Assembly: GCA_040954595.2 (NCBI GenBank)
Contig: CM082576.2
Location: forward strand, 4,562,760 to 4,626,759
DNA from: Balanoglossus misakiensis
Taxonomy: Eukaryota > Animalia > Hemichordata
Reading direction: 5' to 3'
Length of the DNA stretch: 64,000 nucleotides
A program made the position numbers and the translations under genes. Shown in pieces: positions 25,401 through 40,400 of the stretch. The notes below the pieces were generated by a model that saw only the letters and a program-made list of their open reading frames with translations, was not told the origin of the DNA and ran no database searches. The first letter of the stretch is position 1. The number at the start of each line of letters is the position of its first letter.

Positions 25401-28400
25401 AGTGGTATGACGTCACCTTACGAAAAGCTTTCACATTATTTCAAAATAGACCCTTTATCATTTTGATTTTGATCTAATGGCAGACGGCACATATCTCAAG
25501 TTTTGTATATTAAATTTAAACCTTTTGAAATACCCCCCCCCCCCCCCAGGTTTCCTAAATCATAAATACGGTCTAAGCTGATATTATAAGTTAATAACAT
25601 TTGGATCGTGATGAACTACTTTTCTCGCATCGTGTCTCATTAATTTTATTGTATTTTTAATACAATTCTGATTCTGTAACGCCCCAAAATCCCCAAACAA
25701 CAGAGGTCTTCTGAAGACATAGCCTTGAAACAGGTTCACAGACAGTTAAGCGTCTCCAAGAGAATGGTTTCGGTTTCTTGTTTGTCGGTACTCTCCAGTA
25801 TGGCATGGATGATGCATCTTTTAAGGGTCTGTGTTTATTAATGCTTGCGTGGGCTAGAGGCCCAGGTAGAACTTTGTGCAGTTCATGCAAGTACATGCCC
25901 TCTATCTTACCTGAAGGATGACAAGAAAACTTTAGAAATTTAAGTATATCGTAGCAAAAATGATTATCTAATGTCACAAACAGAATGTGCAGACTCATGT
26001 TATTTGAGCAACATGACAGACATCAAACATTTCACCACCAGACTCTTAAACCTTTTCAAGGTGGGGTTGACCATTTTATGTACGTGCTTTGAGTGGTATC
26101 ATACAAATGCTTGTCAGATAACTATTGATTGTGAAGTTTCTGCTACCATTTGCAGCCAGTGTAAATAGATAACACCAAGGCAAGGGTACTGACACAAACC
26201 TTTAAGTATGCTACCTCAAAAGACCTAACCCTAAACTATCAGATTTTGTGATTGTACGTCAACACAAAAAGTCATATTTGAAAATTAAATATGAACGATG
26301 CCTGTGCTATGTATTTTGATGAGAGACATCCTACATATCAAGTGTAGTAAATGTAAGAGAATCATTGGAATCCGGAACTTGTCCTTGGAAGATGTTCCTG
26401 GTTTTAATTGTCGCATAATAATCTGCTGGTGTCACCAGTTACATCACAACCCTACATACATACAATACTGGTCATTTTGATGACACTGTCACATATATAT
26501 ATACATACATCTGTTCCAATGTTTGCCATATATTATGTTAATGACCTGGTAGAGGTCAAAGGTCAAACTTCTGGATGCGGATCCACTTGTGTCGGTTATC
26601 GTATTAAGTGTGATAAGTGACTTTCAAAAAATGACTCAAATTCAGTGATCGATGTGTCATGTTTTTGCATGATTAATTTCAAATCCATCATCTGCAGCTA
26701 GGTAATGGTATATTTTTATTGCGATATTGTTTGAACAGAATTGAAGTAAGTACAGATGGTAGTAATATAGGTAACGTGTTATCCATCATTTGTCATGGTG
26801 ATCATCTTACTGTATGAAAGGGTGGTGATTTCTCTCACTCCCACAATGTACATGTACGTACCCCAGGGAATTATGTAACCAGATAAATGAATTACCTGTT
26901 GTTTGGAAGAGTTCCTTACATAATAGTATACCAGCCGATTCAGTGATTACGTAGCTGGAGCTGGCTTTCAGAGTTTTTACGTTAGACATTTTGAAACGAT
27001 CAAGATGGTTCCGTTAAATTTATATGTCTTACTTGATGAGAGTGCAATCTGTCAGGCTAGATTTTTTGGTAATCATGGTAACCGTTATGTTGGAGAAATG
27101 TTTTATTGAGTCGTTCTTGTTAGATTCTTTCTTCCATGTTCCCTGTTGCACTGTCTTGTCAATTGTAAATGTACAAATAAACTGGTATTCCCTTTAGTGA
27201 GGTTTATTTTTAGTACATATTGTGTCCATTTTATAGAGGATTTCTAGACTACACTAGTTTTAACTGTGTGTGACCATATTTCAACAATCATCACAAATAT
27301 TGGATTATTTTTGAATTTGTATTTTATGAGGAATGACATTATGGGACTGTGTGACTGAAAAGTACATCGACCCCTTTGATAGTGCCAGATTGTCCTGTAA
27401 TTTAAAAGGCATCAATAGCTGCAGCTTTTGATGTTTTTTTTCTGATATTGTTTGCGTATCAAAGATATTTTTCTATGCGATGTACACTTGGAATTATATA
27501 CAAATGACCCATATGTGACATCAAAACAAGTACAGGTACAGGTACATAAAAAAATGAAAGAGTATATTTTTCAGTGTGTCTATAAACTTGAGGTACACGT
27601 AGATTAGTACTATTCACCCAATATTTGACCTCAACAAACTTTACAGTGTTTGAAGTGTTGTTATTTGCATGTCATACCTGTTTATGAATAGTTGAAAGGG
27701 CCAATGACAGATTATTGAATTGTTATTGAATTTTTATCAGTTTTATGGATAATCTGTACCATCATCCTGTTTGTCATTTCGCTATATCTATCCGACTGGT
27801 ACTTGGCACCTGTTGAATCGTCACAGCTTACCCTCTCCCCAAACTCTGTACTTCTTTGGCCAAAGTTCAGAGGTTAATCCGGGGATATAAAAAACAAAAA
27901 AAGCAAAGCAGAGCATTGAAGGAAATTAATCAGCAAATAAAGAGAATTATTCGGGCGGTTGGATTCCTCGCTGTTCATGTGCTTGTCAAAAGGGTTTGAA
28001 TTCCTGACGCCAAGGCCTTCGTCCCTGGTTTCCATTCAGCGATGGAGAGATGGAGGATGTTTGCACCAGATGATGTCATCCCCCTGCAATAATACAATAT
28101 TGATGGCTCGTCCACGTGCTATGCGACAATGGTAGGGGGGCAGGGGTGGCCTAACTACCACTGGCACTTATTGTGGAGGGTTTTTTTTATCACAGGAAAC
28201 TGAAAAACAAACCACAGCAATACACGAACTCTTCATAGTCGAGTGCCCGCGCATCCCCACTGTTGTACGTACATATAATGGATGTACCTTTAAAAAAAAG
28301 GATATATCCGTGTTATAATTTTATTATCACTGTGAAATTTATTTTTAGCTGTTAGTTATATTTTTATTCCCTAACCATAGTATTCTGTCCTATATAGTGA

Positions 28401-31400
28401 TTACTGCCATTTCTGATTCACTTTTCTGTGTCTCTCAAAACAAGAGGAAAGTATCGCTGTCTATTTTGGCACGGTCGCGATTTTAAGAGCTCTATATTCG
28501 CTGCAATGTCCATAGAGTGTGCCATTGAAATCTCCATCACCAGCATTAATAAAGTATGTCGTGAATGAAGGAATGGCACTATAAATTTGATATAACCTAC
28601 GTTATGAGTTCACTAACTGGTTAGATAGTGTCGTAATGGCTCTATGATAGCCCATAATTATTAGTTTTTTTCTGACTGGCAAGCCGCAGCGGCTGAAGCG
28701 TGGTCCTGTTGGGTGGCATGGTTGAAAACGAGGTCCGGTCGTGTAGTACGTACGTGGTCTTGCCGAGCATTTCGGGACATCACGTTGGTTTGGGTTGGTG
28801 CCATGTTAGCAGAGGCGCTTAACCCTTTCACCCCCAGTTTCCCCTTTAGAGGTCCAACTTTGCCATATAGGTATCAATGGGTTTGGACTGAACCATGGTG
28901 GTGAAAGGGTTAATGAAGTCGGAGGATCGGTGAGAGACAGTCCTGAATCATCACATTTAATTGGAGCAGTTTTTAGAACAGACAGGTAGATTGTAACACG
29001 TCCGTAGAACTTTCATTTGTGACATCAGTTAGCAGTTGCAAAGCAACGTGAATTTCACGTTACCTGTCTATGAAAAAACAGTCACTTCTCATATTCCGAC
29101 CAAAACTCCATCCCAGTTATGTCCGTCTGTTCCGGGGAAATTTTTTGCCTTTCAGGCCCAATTTTCTCAGAAGAACCTAAAATAGTTGAACTGCCGGGCT
29201 GAGAAAGTCTGTGGATTTGTGGAAATCTAACCAATTGGTTGTGGATTTTTATGTGTCAGTATTCTATAAGTACAAAACAAGGTTGAATATTGCCTCAGAT
29301 AGCCTTGGATTGTATTGAAAATGACTCATAACCTGAGAAAATTGGTTTTTGGAAATTGAATTATTCAATATACAGCCAGAGGGAACAGTTCGACGTGAAC
29401 TTTTAGGCCATATCATGGCAGTAGTGGAAGTCAGTTGCTCATGCTGATTTGAGACTGTTGGACAACCCCCCCCCCCAAAAAAAAAAAAAAAATAAAAAAA
29501 AAAAATAAAAAAGATTAACAATGAACAAATCCATCATGTCCAAAGCAATACTGTATTTATTTGTTTACCCATGAAGTTAACATTCAATTCTACATTTCGT
29601 CATAGCTTATGGAAAGTTATAGTCTCGAGACAGTAAGGATGGATTTTAAAGACAACATGTTTCCGGCAGTACATGTACGTGAGCTTTCCTTACTAGCTCA
29701 GTTAAATTCACAAAGCAATTTATCCATGTGTCAAATGTCATTCCATTTTTAAAACGGCATCAGTCATTCGCTGACTTATGGATAGTTCTGTTTGACAATA
29801 ATGTGTTTTCCCATTAATAAATAGTTGCACTATAGTTGCTGTTGGCCATCTCCTGCAGCCCCTATGTAAATGTCACTCTCACCGAAGGTGCATATTTTCC
29901 AACCATGTCAAAACTGCATCAGATTTACCAAAGCGCAGTTGGTTCTCCTATTTTTGTCTTGTTTTTTTTCTCTGTCCTCACGATTCGTTATGGTTACAAT
30001 CACCTCCAATTACATGTACTCCCACACTTTTTTCATGTGGCCACCCAGTGAATATTTGTGATTGGCTAGATCTCACCTCCCCATGCTAACTTGGGCTAAA
30101 TTTACATCCAGGTGATTATCTACCTTTGAAATTTACAGTTAACATTTTGAGGCTGACGCTATTCGGAAATATACTAAGGTTTCTCTCAGAAGAATACTAT
30201 ATTTCTGGCATTTTAATGACTAGAGTAAATATGATGTTATTGGCAACAAAGCTGTGGGTACCGTACATCGTGACATTTACGTTGTGCAAGAAAGATTATA
30301 TGGTTTCAGAAACCAGATATTGCTCAACATCCTACATGTAGGATAGAATGGCAGGATGAAAATCTGAATTGCCTGTGACATCACTCTTGTTAAATTCTTA
30401 ATTTCAGATTAATTTTGTAAGCCAAACCGTTGTGGAATACATGTAGAACTGGACTTGGAATTTTGGGAAAAGTTTAAGTGCTGGCTTATCAACCTCATGT
30501 CATTATTTTATTTCACTATTTGAAATACGTAAAAAAAAATTTTTTTTCTAAACAAAGCATGAATTCCAGTCTTCCAATTCAAGAGTTTGAATCAAAATAA
30601 TACATGTTGACATGTGAGGGAATGCTGAAATGTTGATATCTGGGCAGAGAGATAGAGAGTCATTGATTATTTTCAGTTCATCAATCAACCAGACTTTACC
30701 TGAGTGACTCAACCCGGCGCGAAATTGCCTCCCTCCCCAACTAGCTCCATGATCTCTGTTTTGAGCGCATGTAATGAGAGGTCAAAGGTCGCGGGTTATC
30801 ATTATGCGTGAAGAGTGGGTGTGGCTGTGGATTGGAGTCCCCTACTGCCAAGTCAGGGCTCTGTTTGTATGTGTGATGGAGATAAAAGCCTATTTTGTAT
30901 GTCAGAGGCTTTTTCATGAAGGGATTTTTTCCTTCTTTTTGGAAACAAGTCACGTACACAGACTAGAAAAAGAAAAAATAGTAAACCGCAGAGCTGGAGA
31001 CAATTGATGGCTGTGTGAAGTAGTAGGTGTTTATGCCGCACACCAGCTAGTGTATGTTGCATAGAGTTTGACTGACGTACAGATACGTTTAATACAGACC
31101 TAATAAGTGAAAGTGAACCGCTAACTTTAAGGTTTCCATTGCTTGACACTTTCTCACTGTATCACAACAATGCTTCAACCAATAGATGGACATTTTTGGC
31201 ATACCTCATAGTATTTTTAATATCAGAAACGTGACAAATCATATCTGATGATTGCTGCGGTCATCCGTGTTCTTCAGACATGCAGACATTTTGAAAGTTA
31301 GACGCTTTGAGTGTGCTTGCTTCTCTGGAAGTACTGTTGGTAAACGCGAAAGCACAATTATAATGCCAGAAGTCTCAAAATCCATCAATTTTTTTTATCT

Positions 31401-34400
31401 GTCATAAATCAAGAGCTCTGTGTAATACACAGAGCAGTGGAAAAGCAGGAAGCCACACAATTTACTCTCAAGACAAAAAGTGAGTGGTCTCAATTAGGTA
31501 CATTGTATGTCAGTGTTTGAACAATAATTTATGGGGTGCTCACCACTGCGGGGACTGTAACCAGGAGCAATTGTGGAAATGCGGCGTGTTTGGATGTGTG
31601 CCATATTGTCACTGTAGCAAATCTCTGGGCCCCGGAGTTCAATTACCTCCACATAACGCAGTACGGCACTGCCTGCCTGAACACATTCTAATGATGGCAA
31701 AGAAATGTTTACCATCCGCACCGAGACCAGACATGTCAGTTTTTTTTTCCACTCTTCAGTTCACAGTTAATTTACTCCGAGTTATTGGGGTTATTTTGCC
31801 AACAGTTGATATAGGCCCACGTCAACCAGCTTTCCTGATGTCTCGACATGTCGAAACAAACAAAACAAAAATTAACACCATCATCAACCAGTGTGGTGAT
31901 TATAACAAAACAAAAATGTTGAACAGGACTGCAGAGATAAACAATGCAAAAATGTTTTAATCAACGTGACTATCTTCATAAATATTTTCTGCAATCATAT
32001 GAGAGGAACGTCAGCTTATGGCAGTTTGTAGAAATTGCCTTGAGGCTAGCTGACATAGATGAAACATGCATAATGAACTGAATATGTAATTTCATACACA
32101 CGGCATCATGCATAATATTTGGCATGCAGAAAAAAAAAGGCACATGATGTAACCAGTGTTGTAATGTGTTGTTTCAGTGCGATAGAGTTTTGAATTAATT
32201 AACGTCCCAGGAAATTTAACACATTTTATTTCTATTTCGCTTGACAACTCCCATGTAACGGTATTTCTCATGCCAAGTGTGGGTTGAACTATATATCACC
32301 CTGATATTTAGGTCAGGTCATGACTTTTGTTTGGGCGGAGGATGTTTGGTCGAATAGTTCTGTAACCAGTACCTCCACGCATTATTACAGAAATTAATTT
32401 CTTTACTTACTCCAAATAACGGGGAACATTTGTATAGTATGTATACAGTTTTTAACTACAGGATTTTCCATGTGGTAATTTGCAGTTTTTACATTGCGTG
32501 ATGCTTACTAAGGGATCATGTAAAATCAGATTATGGTTGAGAACAGCATATTTAGCATTGCAATGATATCAGTTTAAATATGTATTGGGAGCTGACGATT
32601 TTCTCGTTGACACCATATTGTATCCATATATTTACTGACTGACTGCTGTGTTAGTCTTGGATTGCAAATGGTTATTTTCGTATGAATGATGTGTGAGGTC
32701 GATTTGACAATGAATCACATTAAAAACTAAAGGGGAAATGGTTTGTACGAGCATAAAGCGTTATGCAAAAAGGGGGCACTGGACCTCTGACTCTTTTCTA
32801 CTGTTTCATATGTTCTGCCCACCAAAGCATGTTGAATTGCCTGTATTGAATATTCCATACAAACACACACATATGTGCAAATTCCACTTGCCATACCAGA
32901 CTGATTTCTTCTTATGCCCACCTATGACAATTCAAAACACATCACCATCACTGAAGCATTGTTTGTTGACCTGTTTTGTGCAATGAACTTTTGCTACCAG
33001 ACGATTAAAAGTAATAATTCTTGATTCGGTTGTCAACAATAACAGTGCATGGCGCACAGTATACAAAATGTTATTAACTGTCATTACCCTTAGAATGTGG
33101 GTCATTTTCAGTGTGCTTTGAGGAATAAAGCAATTTCGAAGCTAATTTATGTACACGGATAAAATATGTCCAAAGCTACGACTACTGCCCCCTTAATTAA
33201 CATAAAGTTGGAATATTAAATTAGCTGCCCTTGTTGAGATGTTGATAATTGTGTAATGCTCCATGAATTGTGATGAAAAACTTCAAATTGCTCAACCATG
33301 CAAATGGAGCTGGGCTAGTGTAATGTGCAGTCTCAGGTTTGACTCACTAATTATAATGATGTGTGGCTGGAACATAGTCAACATTCATTTCTGTTGTATG
33401 GTGTCTTCTGGGTTGTGTGTGTGTGTGCGTGTCACTGTCAGCACACACGTACACATGCATGTACACACATATACGTATGTATATAGTATACACACATATA
33501 CAGACTTCCGAGATACATGTACATGTAACAGCATATGACTTCAGTACAAAGAGGAGGCTATTCCCCTCCCCTCTCTCCGCATTGAAATGAGGGAGTAACT
33601 AAGAGGCTATTTCCTGTCTCAGTTCAACCTCTCATCCCATTGATTGGATCGAAATATAGACGTATGGTAACAAAATTACGGTGCAGCGTGCAGTGAAACC
33701 AGTGTTTGCACACAAAGGCCACTGATCTGCATCAGCTTGCGTTTAGTTATCTTGCACTGGTGAGACTGATAACAACATAAAAATGGCAGTGCCAAGGATA
33801 AAGCTTTGTTCATCCATTGCTGAGCAAATTGAATTGACACATGATTGATCCGCGCTGGAATCGCTATGCCTGTCTAGCCTGGAAGATCAATTTCATAGAC
33901 TTGTTAATATACCCTGATGTCTTTACGTCTGGGATATTTTGAGTTTGCGTCGATTGCCATATGGGCTTTGATGTTGAACCCCAGGAATTTGGTAATTAAA
34001 CAGGGTGGTATTTGCCCGTTGCTCGTCTTCAGTGTCAAAATTATATTTACTTTTCATTTCTGTGGACTTGTCCGACAAAAAAAATTAACTGGCCTTCAAA
34101 CTTGGGAATTATCATAAACGTTTGATGAAGGCCTTGGTAGATTTACCCATCCTTCCACCAACCAGCAACATCAGCAACAACAAAAATTTTTTTCCTTCAA
34201 AGAAGACAAAGAAGATACTGACAGAATGCCCGTCAGTTGGAATCAGGTGGAGAAAAAAGGGTGTGCATTATTCAAGTTACTCGGGGTGAAGGGAAAACCT
34301 GTTGCCTCTGGTATGTGTGTTTCAACACAGGTGAGGTTTACTTGTACAGCCTTGTTGCTTTGCCTGGTATGGGTTTTGTTAGGGGAGTCAAGTCGTGGCC

Positions 34401-37400
34401 ATGAGAAATAATTCAAAGAAGATTTTTGGACGGTAGGGGAGTTTGCTTTGTGTTGGCAACTGTGTGACACAGGTTGATCTGGAGGAACAGTTTCTGATAA
34501 TGCAGAGGTTATCAGCGATGTCACGCTTTACAAACTTGTATACGTATCAATTGAGGTCTTCATGTGAGTTGAAAGATAACCTTAGGATATTTCTTTTTGA
34601 ATAGATATGACAAAGATTATGGATAAAGATTTTACATACATGACACTGAAGTTGTTATCTACATGTATGATATGCGATTCCAGCTAGAGTGGGCTGCACC
34701 TCCCCCCTCCCTCCCTCCCCACTCTCTCCCCCATCTCATGTCCTTTCCTTCTACCATTTACTCCCTCCCTCCTTCACCTCTTCCTCCCTGCTCACACTAT
34801 GTTCCTTCCTTTCAGTCGTCTCCCTTTCTGTCCCCTCCCACTCCCCTTTCTCACTTCCCCTCTCTCCTTAGCACCCTCTCCCCCTCCTCTCTGTCTCCCT
34901 CCCTCCCTCTCCTTCCAAGCTGATGACAGAATCTTTGTTTACTCCTCACCCTCGTTGCTAGGACACAGGTCTGTCTCTTACCAAGAGTCATATGATCTAA
35001 CGGTTACAAAACAAACAAGTGGGTCAAGGCGGGCAGTGGTGGCAGATTGTGTTTGATGAGTGACATTGAACGCTAGCCGGGATCATGGACAGGTCAAGTC
35101 ATCCTTCTCGTCCATGGACAAATTCCCAGGCTGTGTTTAGCAAGTCATCATCAATTAATGAAGTTAAATAAGACTCAAGGCCAGGAAACGGAGATCCACG
35201 TTTCTCTGACTATTCAGGAGCAGCATGGACATTCCTGAATATTGTTTTTGTCAATCGCTGAGCCATGAGGTGGTAAATGTCTAACTTTTGTTGTGTTTTG
35301 GGGGTGGGGGTGGGGGTGCCAGTGGGGGTGGTTATTAATGGGCGCAGACCAAATTGAATCTCAAGAAAAGATTATTTTTAACCCTCGGCAGGTTCTAGAT
35401 TATCTTACAAACATGAAGAACTCTTAAAACTTAGATGTCGACAGTGCCTGAGTACATCACTGTACATGTGCATTTTGTATACAGGCTGTGTTGATTTTAA
35501 AAGCCAAACACAGCACGTTTCTACATGGCCTGGGGAGTATAATAGTAAAATAGCCTTAACGCGATAAAGTGAAGAAAGTACACTCAACCCATTAAAACAT
35601 TGTTAAAGGGCTCAATCCCAAAAGTGGATAGTTAAAATAGTGGTCCTGATTGCACAGAGAAATGTCATAAAGTATATCATGTTTATATTTGTAAGATCAG
35701 GTTCTATGAAAAAGCCAAAGACGGTCCTGTCTGACAATTATTCTCTAATGACCAAATGATCGCATGGAGAGTTTCTAGACATGAATATCTCTTTTGCAAC
35801 ACATTGAAACTTCATTTTGTTCTGTATCATTATGAATACATTTGAGATGTGCTGTTGTGGACAAAGACCCCCCTCCCCCCCCCCTACCTGCAGCCGTGGG
35901 ACGAGATAACTAGCTCGTAGTCTCTGCTCTTTATCAAATCTTTTTTTTCACTAAACTCTTCCTCCACAATGGGTCTCAAAGGCCACTTTATTGTTCGGCG
36001 TCGCAGCAAGGGGGCATTTTCTCGTTTCAGTCTCGACAACATTTTATGTGCCATTTGTAGGCAGTGTTGCATAAATGTCCAACCTGCACAAAAGCCAGAT
36101 TATTCGCATGAAGCCATAGAATCGATTTAACATTGTTACGTCTGCTGTGAAGAACCTTATGTGGGCTGGTTTTGATAACTCATCATTGAAGGAATAGTGT
36201 GTCTCGCGGACACTTTGATGGCTATCAGAAGATTTATAGAAGAGACACAATCAAGTCACCTGACCGCAAGGATTTTGATGGGTTTCATTATCTGGCATTG
36301 TCACTGATTGGTATAATATTTACAATAAACACAGGCCTGTTTACATATTGACTGTGAATATAACCAGCCTATAAGATTTATCATATCAAAATTAGCAAAC
36401 AGCTAGCCAGACACATCGCATGTTCTTTATACATGTATGCACACCTAGACAAACATAGCAAGTTCCCAAAAGTTAGCAACTGGTTTAAGTAAAAATATCA
36501 GTGAACTGTCAGACATTGCGCTATCGTATTTTATGTCCTGCAACCAATCTCCCATCACCAGACAAAATCTACCACGCTCATAGCCTTGAGTATACATGTG
36601 TGTATGTAACAGCTTGGCTTTCAGCAAAGTCTTGCACAAATCATCAGGGCTAATTACATGGACATGAAAGTTGTTGTGTCTGCCAGCCCCAGACAATCCT
36701 GGTTGAAGCCAATTTAGAAGTGAACCATTGACAGTTTCAAAACGGCCGGAGTTAATTCTTCCAGACTCGCCACATGACTAGAGGGAGAAAGTGGGGTATT
36801 AATAATAGCCTCTGTGGCTATGACCCAGGGGTCTAGGGGCAGACGTTTAAAGAGACAAAGTTGCCATCTTCACACATCACTTAGATGATACTTTTTTTGT
36901 TTTGCATGAGAAGTTCTTTGTGATGTTCTTACAAATGTACTGTCGTCTTCTCGCAGACACACCATATTTATTGTCAGTGCCAGAAATTACAATGTATATC
37001 AAGAAAATATTGACATATGTCGGTCTGCAGGGTTTTTAGGTATAAGCTGATCAGTGATGTAAATAATAACCGGGCATCCACTAAATAAAAACACCCCCAT
37101 TTGCCAATCTGATGTATCAGGCCAGGGGTATCTTCCTGTTGCAAAACAAATCTCCATCACAAATCATTCATCACGATGAATGATTCAGCATATTTCACAA
37201 AGCATATTGAAATGACTTTTTTAAACCCGCAAGTATAACATCGACGAGTTGACAACGTAGCCAAATTGAACGTTATATGTTCACAATGACCCAGATTATG
37301 GCAAACCCCAGGATAGCCTTGGAGCGCTGTCTGCCACAATTGCAACCACAGCAGTAAAAGCACAGCTTGGGGTTGTCCTGGTCCTAAATCTTGTCAAAAT

Positions 37401-40400
37401 TTTTTACCACGCTAACTGGTACGCAGGGGTCACACAACGGGCCTTGCGTAACATACCAGCGTGTTTTCATTTATAGCCAGAGAAAAGGAAAGGGTACATT
37501 TTAATTTCATAGCTCTTGCTCTAAAACCACGGTAGCTGATGGGAAAGGAGAGAACTGGGCTGTGATCATAGCTGTTCTGATGATATGGCTGTTGCATAAG
37601 TGAATTTTCATTTTGATTTTATACAAAGAAGTCCTGTTGATTTTAGAGCGGTTAAAATGCACCATATGTATAAAATGATGTACATTTCCTTTATCTGATG
37701 CTCATTGATATTGCGTTTTATGCCCCACCACTTTTAATGTTTATCACATATGTGCACCTTATTTTCAAAGAGTCATAAAGATATTTGCATAATATGGATT
37801 GAATTCATAAATACTCAGTATTTAAATCCCAGTTTCACGATCTGTGAAATCGTATCGCCAAAATGTCTCTATTTAATATCAGCAGAATACTCTACTTGCC
37901 ACTGAACGTGTAAGTGTGTGTACATATTGTATTCTATTATGTACTTGTAGGAAAGCAGTTTATTTCAGAAATTATGGTTATTGCCAAATTAAATTTTGTT
38001 TAAATGTTTGTAATGATGATTTGACAATTCCGGAGATGACTAGGAAATGGGATAGATTTCAGGTTTCATACACATCCAGGTTTTCATCTGTGTATCTAAT
38101 AGTAATATTCGTGAATGTGCACCACTGAAGCAACATCTTGTGGGGGTTTACTGACCATGAATACATTGATGATAGCACGAGACCATTATGCTTTCTGTTG
38201 ACCATATTAAATAATAGACAAGTAATCAATACCCATGGCGTATATGAAAGCACCTCATGTAGCTGGTTATGATCCAAGAAAAGATAGCAGTAATGTTTTG
38301 ACTAGCGATCGAAGGGGGGGGGGGGGGAGTGGGAGGTTCTGGGTTGGGTCGGGCTGGGGGAGGGGCAGTCAGGGTTGGGGTTGGGGGGGGGGTGGGAGGT
38401 ATAGGGAAAGTGAAAGTAGAGGTGAATTATCATCCTTGTGTGAAGTATGTGACCTTGCAGCTGCTTAACAGACCAATTGTGTGTATTCTTTGTGTGGTTC
38501 AACAAAAAAGCTCTTCTTTACACTCACACATTAGGAAGTGGGGTTTTCACACCTTCAAGACAGGCAGTGTGCCTTCCTGACTAGTGTCTGGGTGTAAGCA
38601 AACTTAACAATTGATGCAGTTTCCGTCTATAATAATAATATACACTACTCAGTTTAGAAAGGTTTAGCTTTGATATAATAATAGCCAAGGTCAGATCCAG
38701 GGGTTGTGGGCTGATATTTTTCGATAAAAATAGACTCAACAGTTTTATTTTACTGATGGGAGCAAAGGGACATTGAAAACTTAAATTGAATTTTGTTTTT
38801 TGCACATGTATGCATTTGCAAGGCATAGTTTTGAGCTGTGTTTATGGATGCATGTATGTTAATGTCATGTTGTAGACGGAACATTAATTTAACAAAGGGG
38901 AGGATGTATTGACACCATCATTGAGTTGACCTAGAAGATAAAATTATAATAAAAATATTTCTGATTTTAATATTAAGCAGTCACTTCGCTTTTCCAAAAG
39001 AAGATACAGTTATGAAAGAAGAACTCCTGGTCAATAGTATTAGGTTCACTTTTTAAAATTGTGACTTTCTGTTGAACATGAACGAAAAATGAATTATTAA
39101 TTGCCTATTAAAATTGCATGCCCTGGTTTTGACAGCCGCCCAGATGACGTGTGCAGCTAATCTGTACATTTGGTGGTAGAGTTAGAAGCTGTTGGTTGGG
39201 AAGGGAGGGAGACAGCATGGGTTTTAAGCAGGGCTGTGCGGCTGTTTATTGGTTTAAATATTGTGGATACAAATAGCTTTATGTAATGTCTGACTGTCTG
39301 GCAAGTTACGTAATAAGATCATCCGGGCTGGGCTGAGCCAGACTGACTGGTAAACCAGACTGGGCATCTGCCTCGTAAACAGTCTCAAGGTCATTGTTGG
39401 TTGACACCCCCCTCTTTTCTGTCTGTCTGTACTTGGAATATTTGCTTCTGTAGTTTGCTTATTTTACGTAATGACAATTTTTGTGTGAAAGGTTTAAATT
39501 TAAAGTGAAAAGCAGACAGCTGGTAAAACACCAGCTGTCGAACTTCGAAGACGCGTGACCTAGTGAGAGAAAACTGTAAATTTGTCTGTAGCATGTTGTT
39601 TTGGAAGTGTGAAACATTTTCCAGGATTTGCATAAAAAAGCCCATGTGTAACATGCCAAACTTGATCACTTTTACTGTTGTCCCAGCACAATATAAATTG
39701 CCCCATTCCAAGTTCCTCTGCCTTGCAAGTTCTTACGCAAGAGAATTCCCCAGCATTGTGTGGGTTGGAGGCTGGTTTTATGATTTTGTGTCAGTTTGAA
39801 CTATTTGCAGTATTCCTCAATTTCTGTCTATTTTTAAGTCTGAGATACAAGATGAATTGTATCAAGATAGATACATCTTGAGGCACTATCCTTTTTCTGT
39901 ATCATGCCTCAAAAAGGACCTTGAGCTTTGTACATCATGAAAATACACCCAATGTAATATGGAGCTCAAATATTGAAAAATAATAGTCACATCCATCATG
40001 CAGTTTTCATCATTAATACAAACACTTGCCATCACAGAAAGACAATAATTTCTTATTTTTATAATAAATGGTTGTTGTGATCAATTTAGGCACCATGGAT
40101 CGAGAATTGTGTCTTCATTTGTTTGAACATTTTAGAGTATTTGCAACAGGTAGGCTAATAATGCTGTAGATTGATTTATATACAGTGCTGCAGGGCCGGC
40201 TGTGTGTAATCCTTATCTCCATTGGAAAAGTGATGAGATACAAAATACACAAATGAAAAATTGCAGTACAAGGCAAAAAAAAAATAGAGTTGTTCCTGGT
40301 TATGGCTTTTTCCCCCCAAAGTAGGGTGGCAGCAAGGCTTTTTAGTAAAATTTTTAAAATTATTTTTTTCCTGGGTACGATGTGTAAACACCTCATTTTC

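Noticed and set aside
31484-31960. 158-aa Cys-rich plus-strand ORF
   Set aside because: Cys spacing matches no domain I recognise; TG-rich intronic DNA readily yields Cys/Val-rich ORFs.
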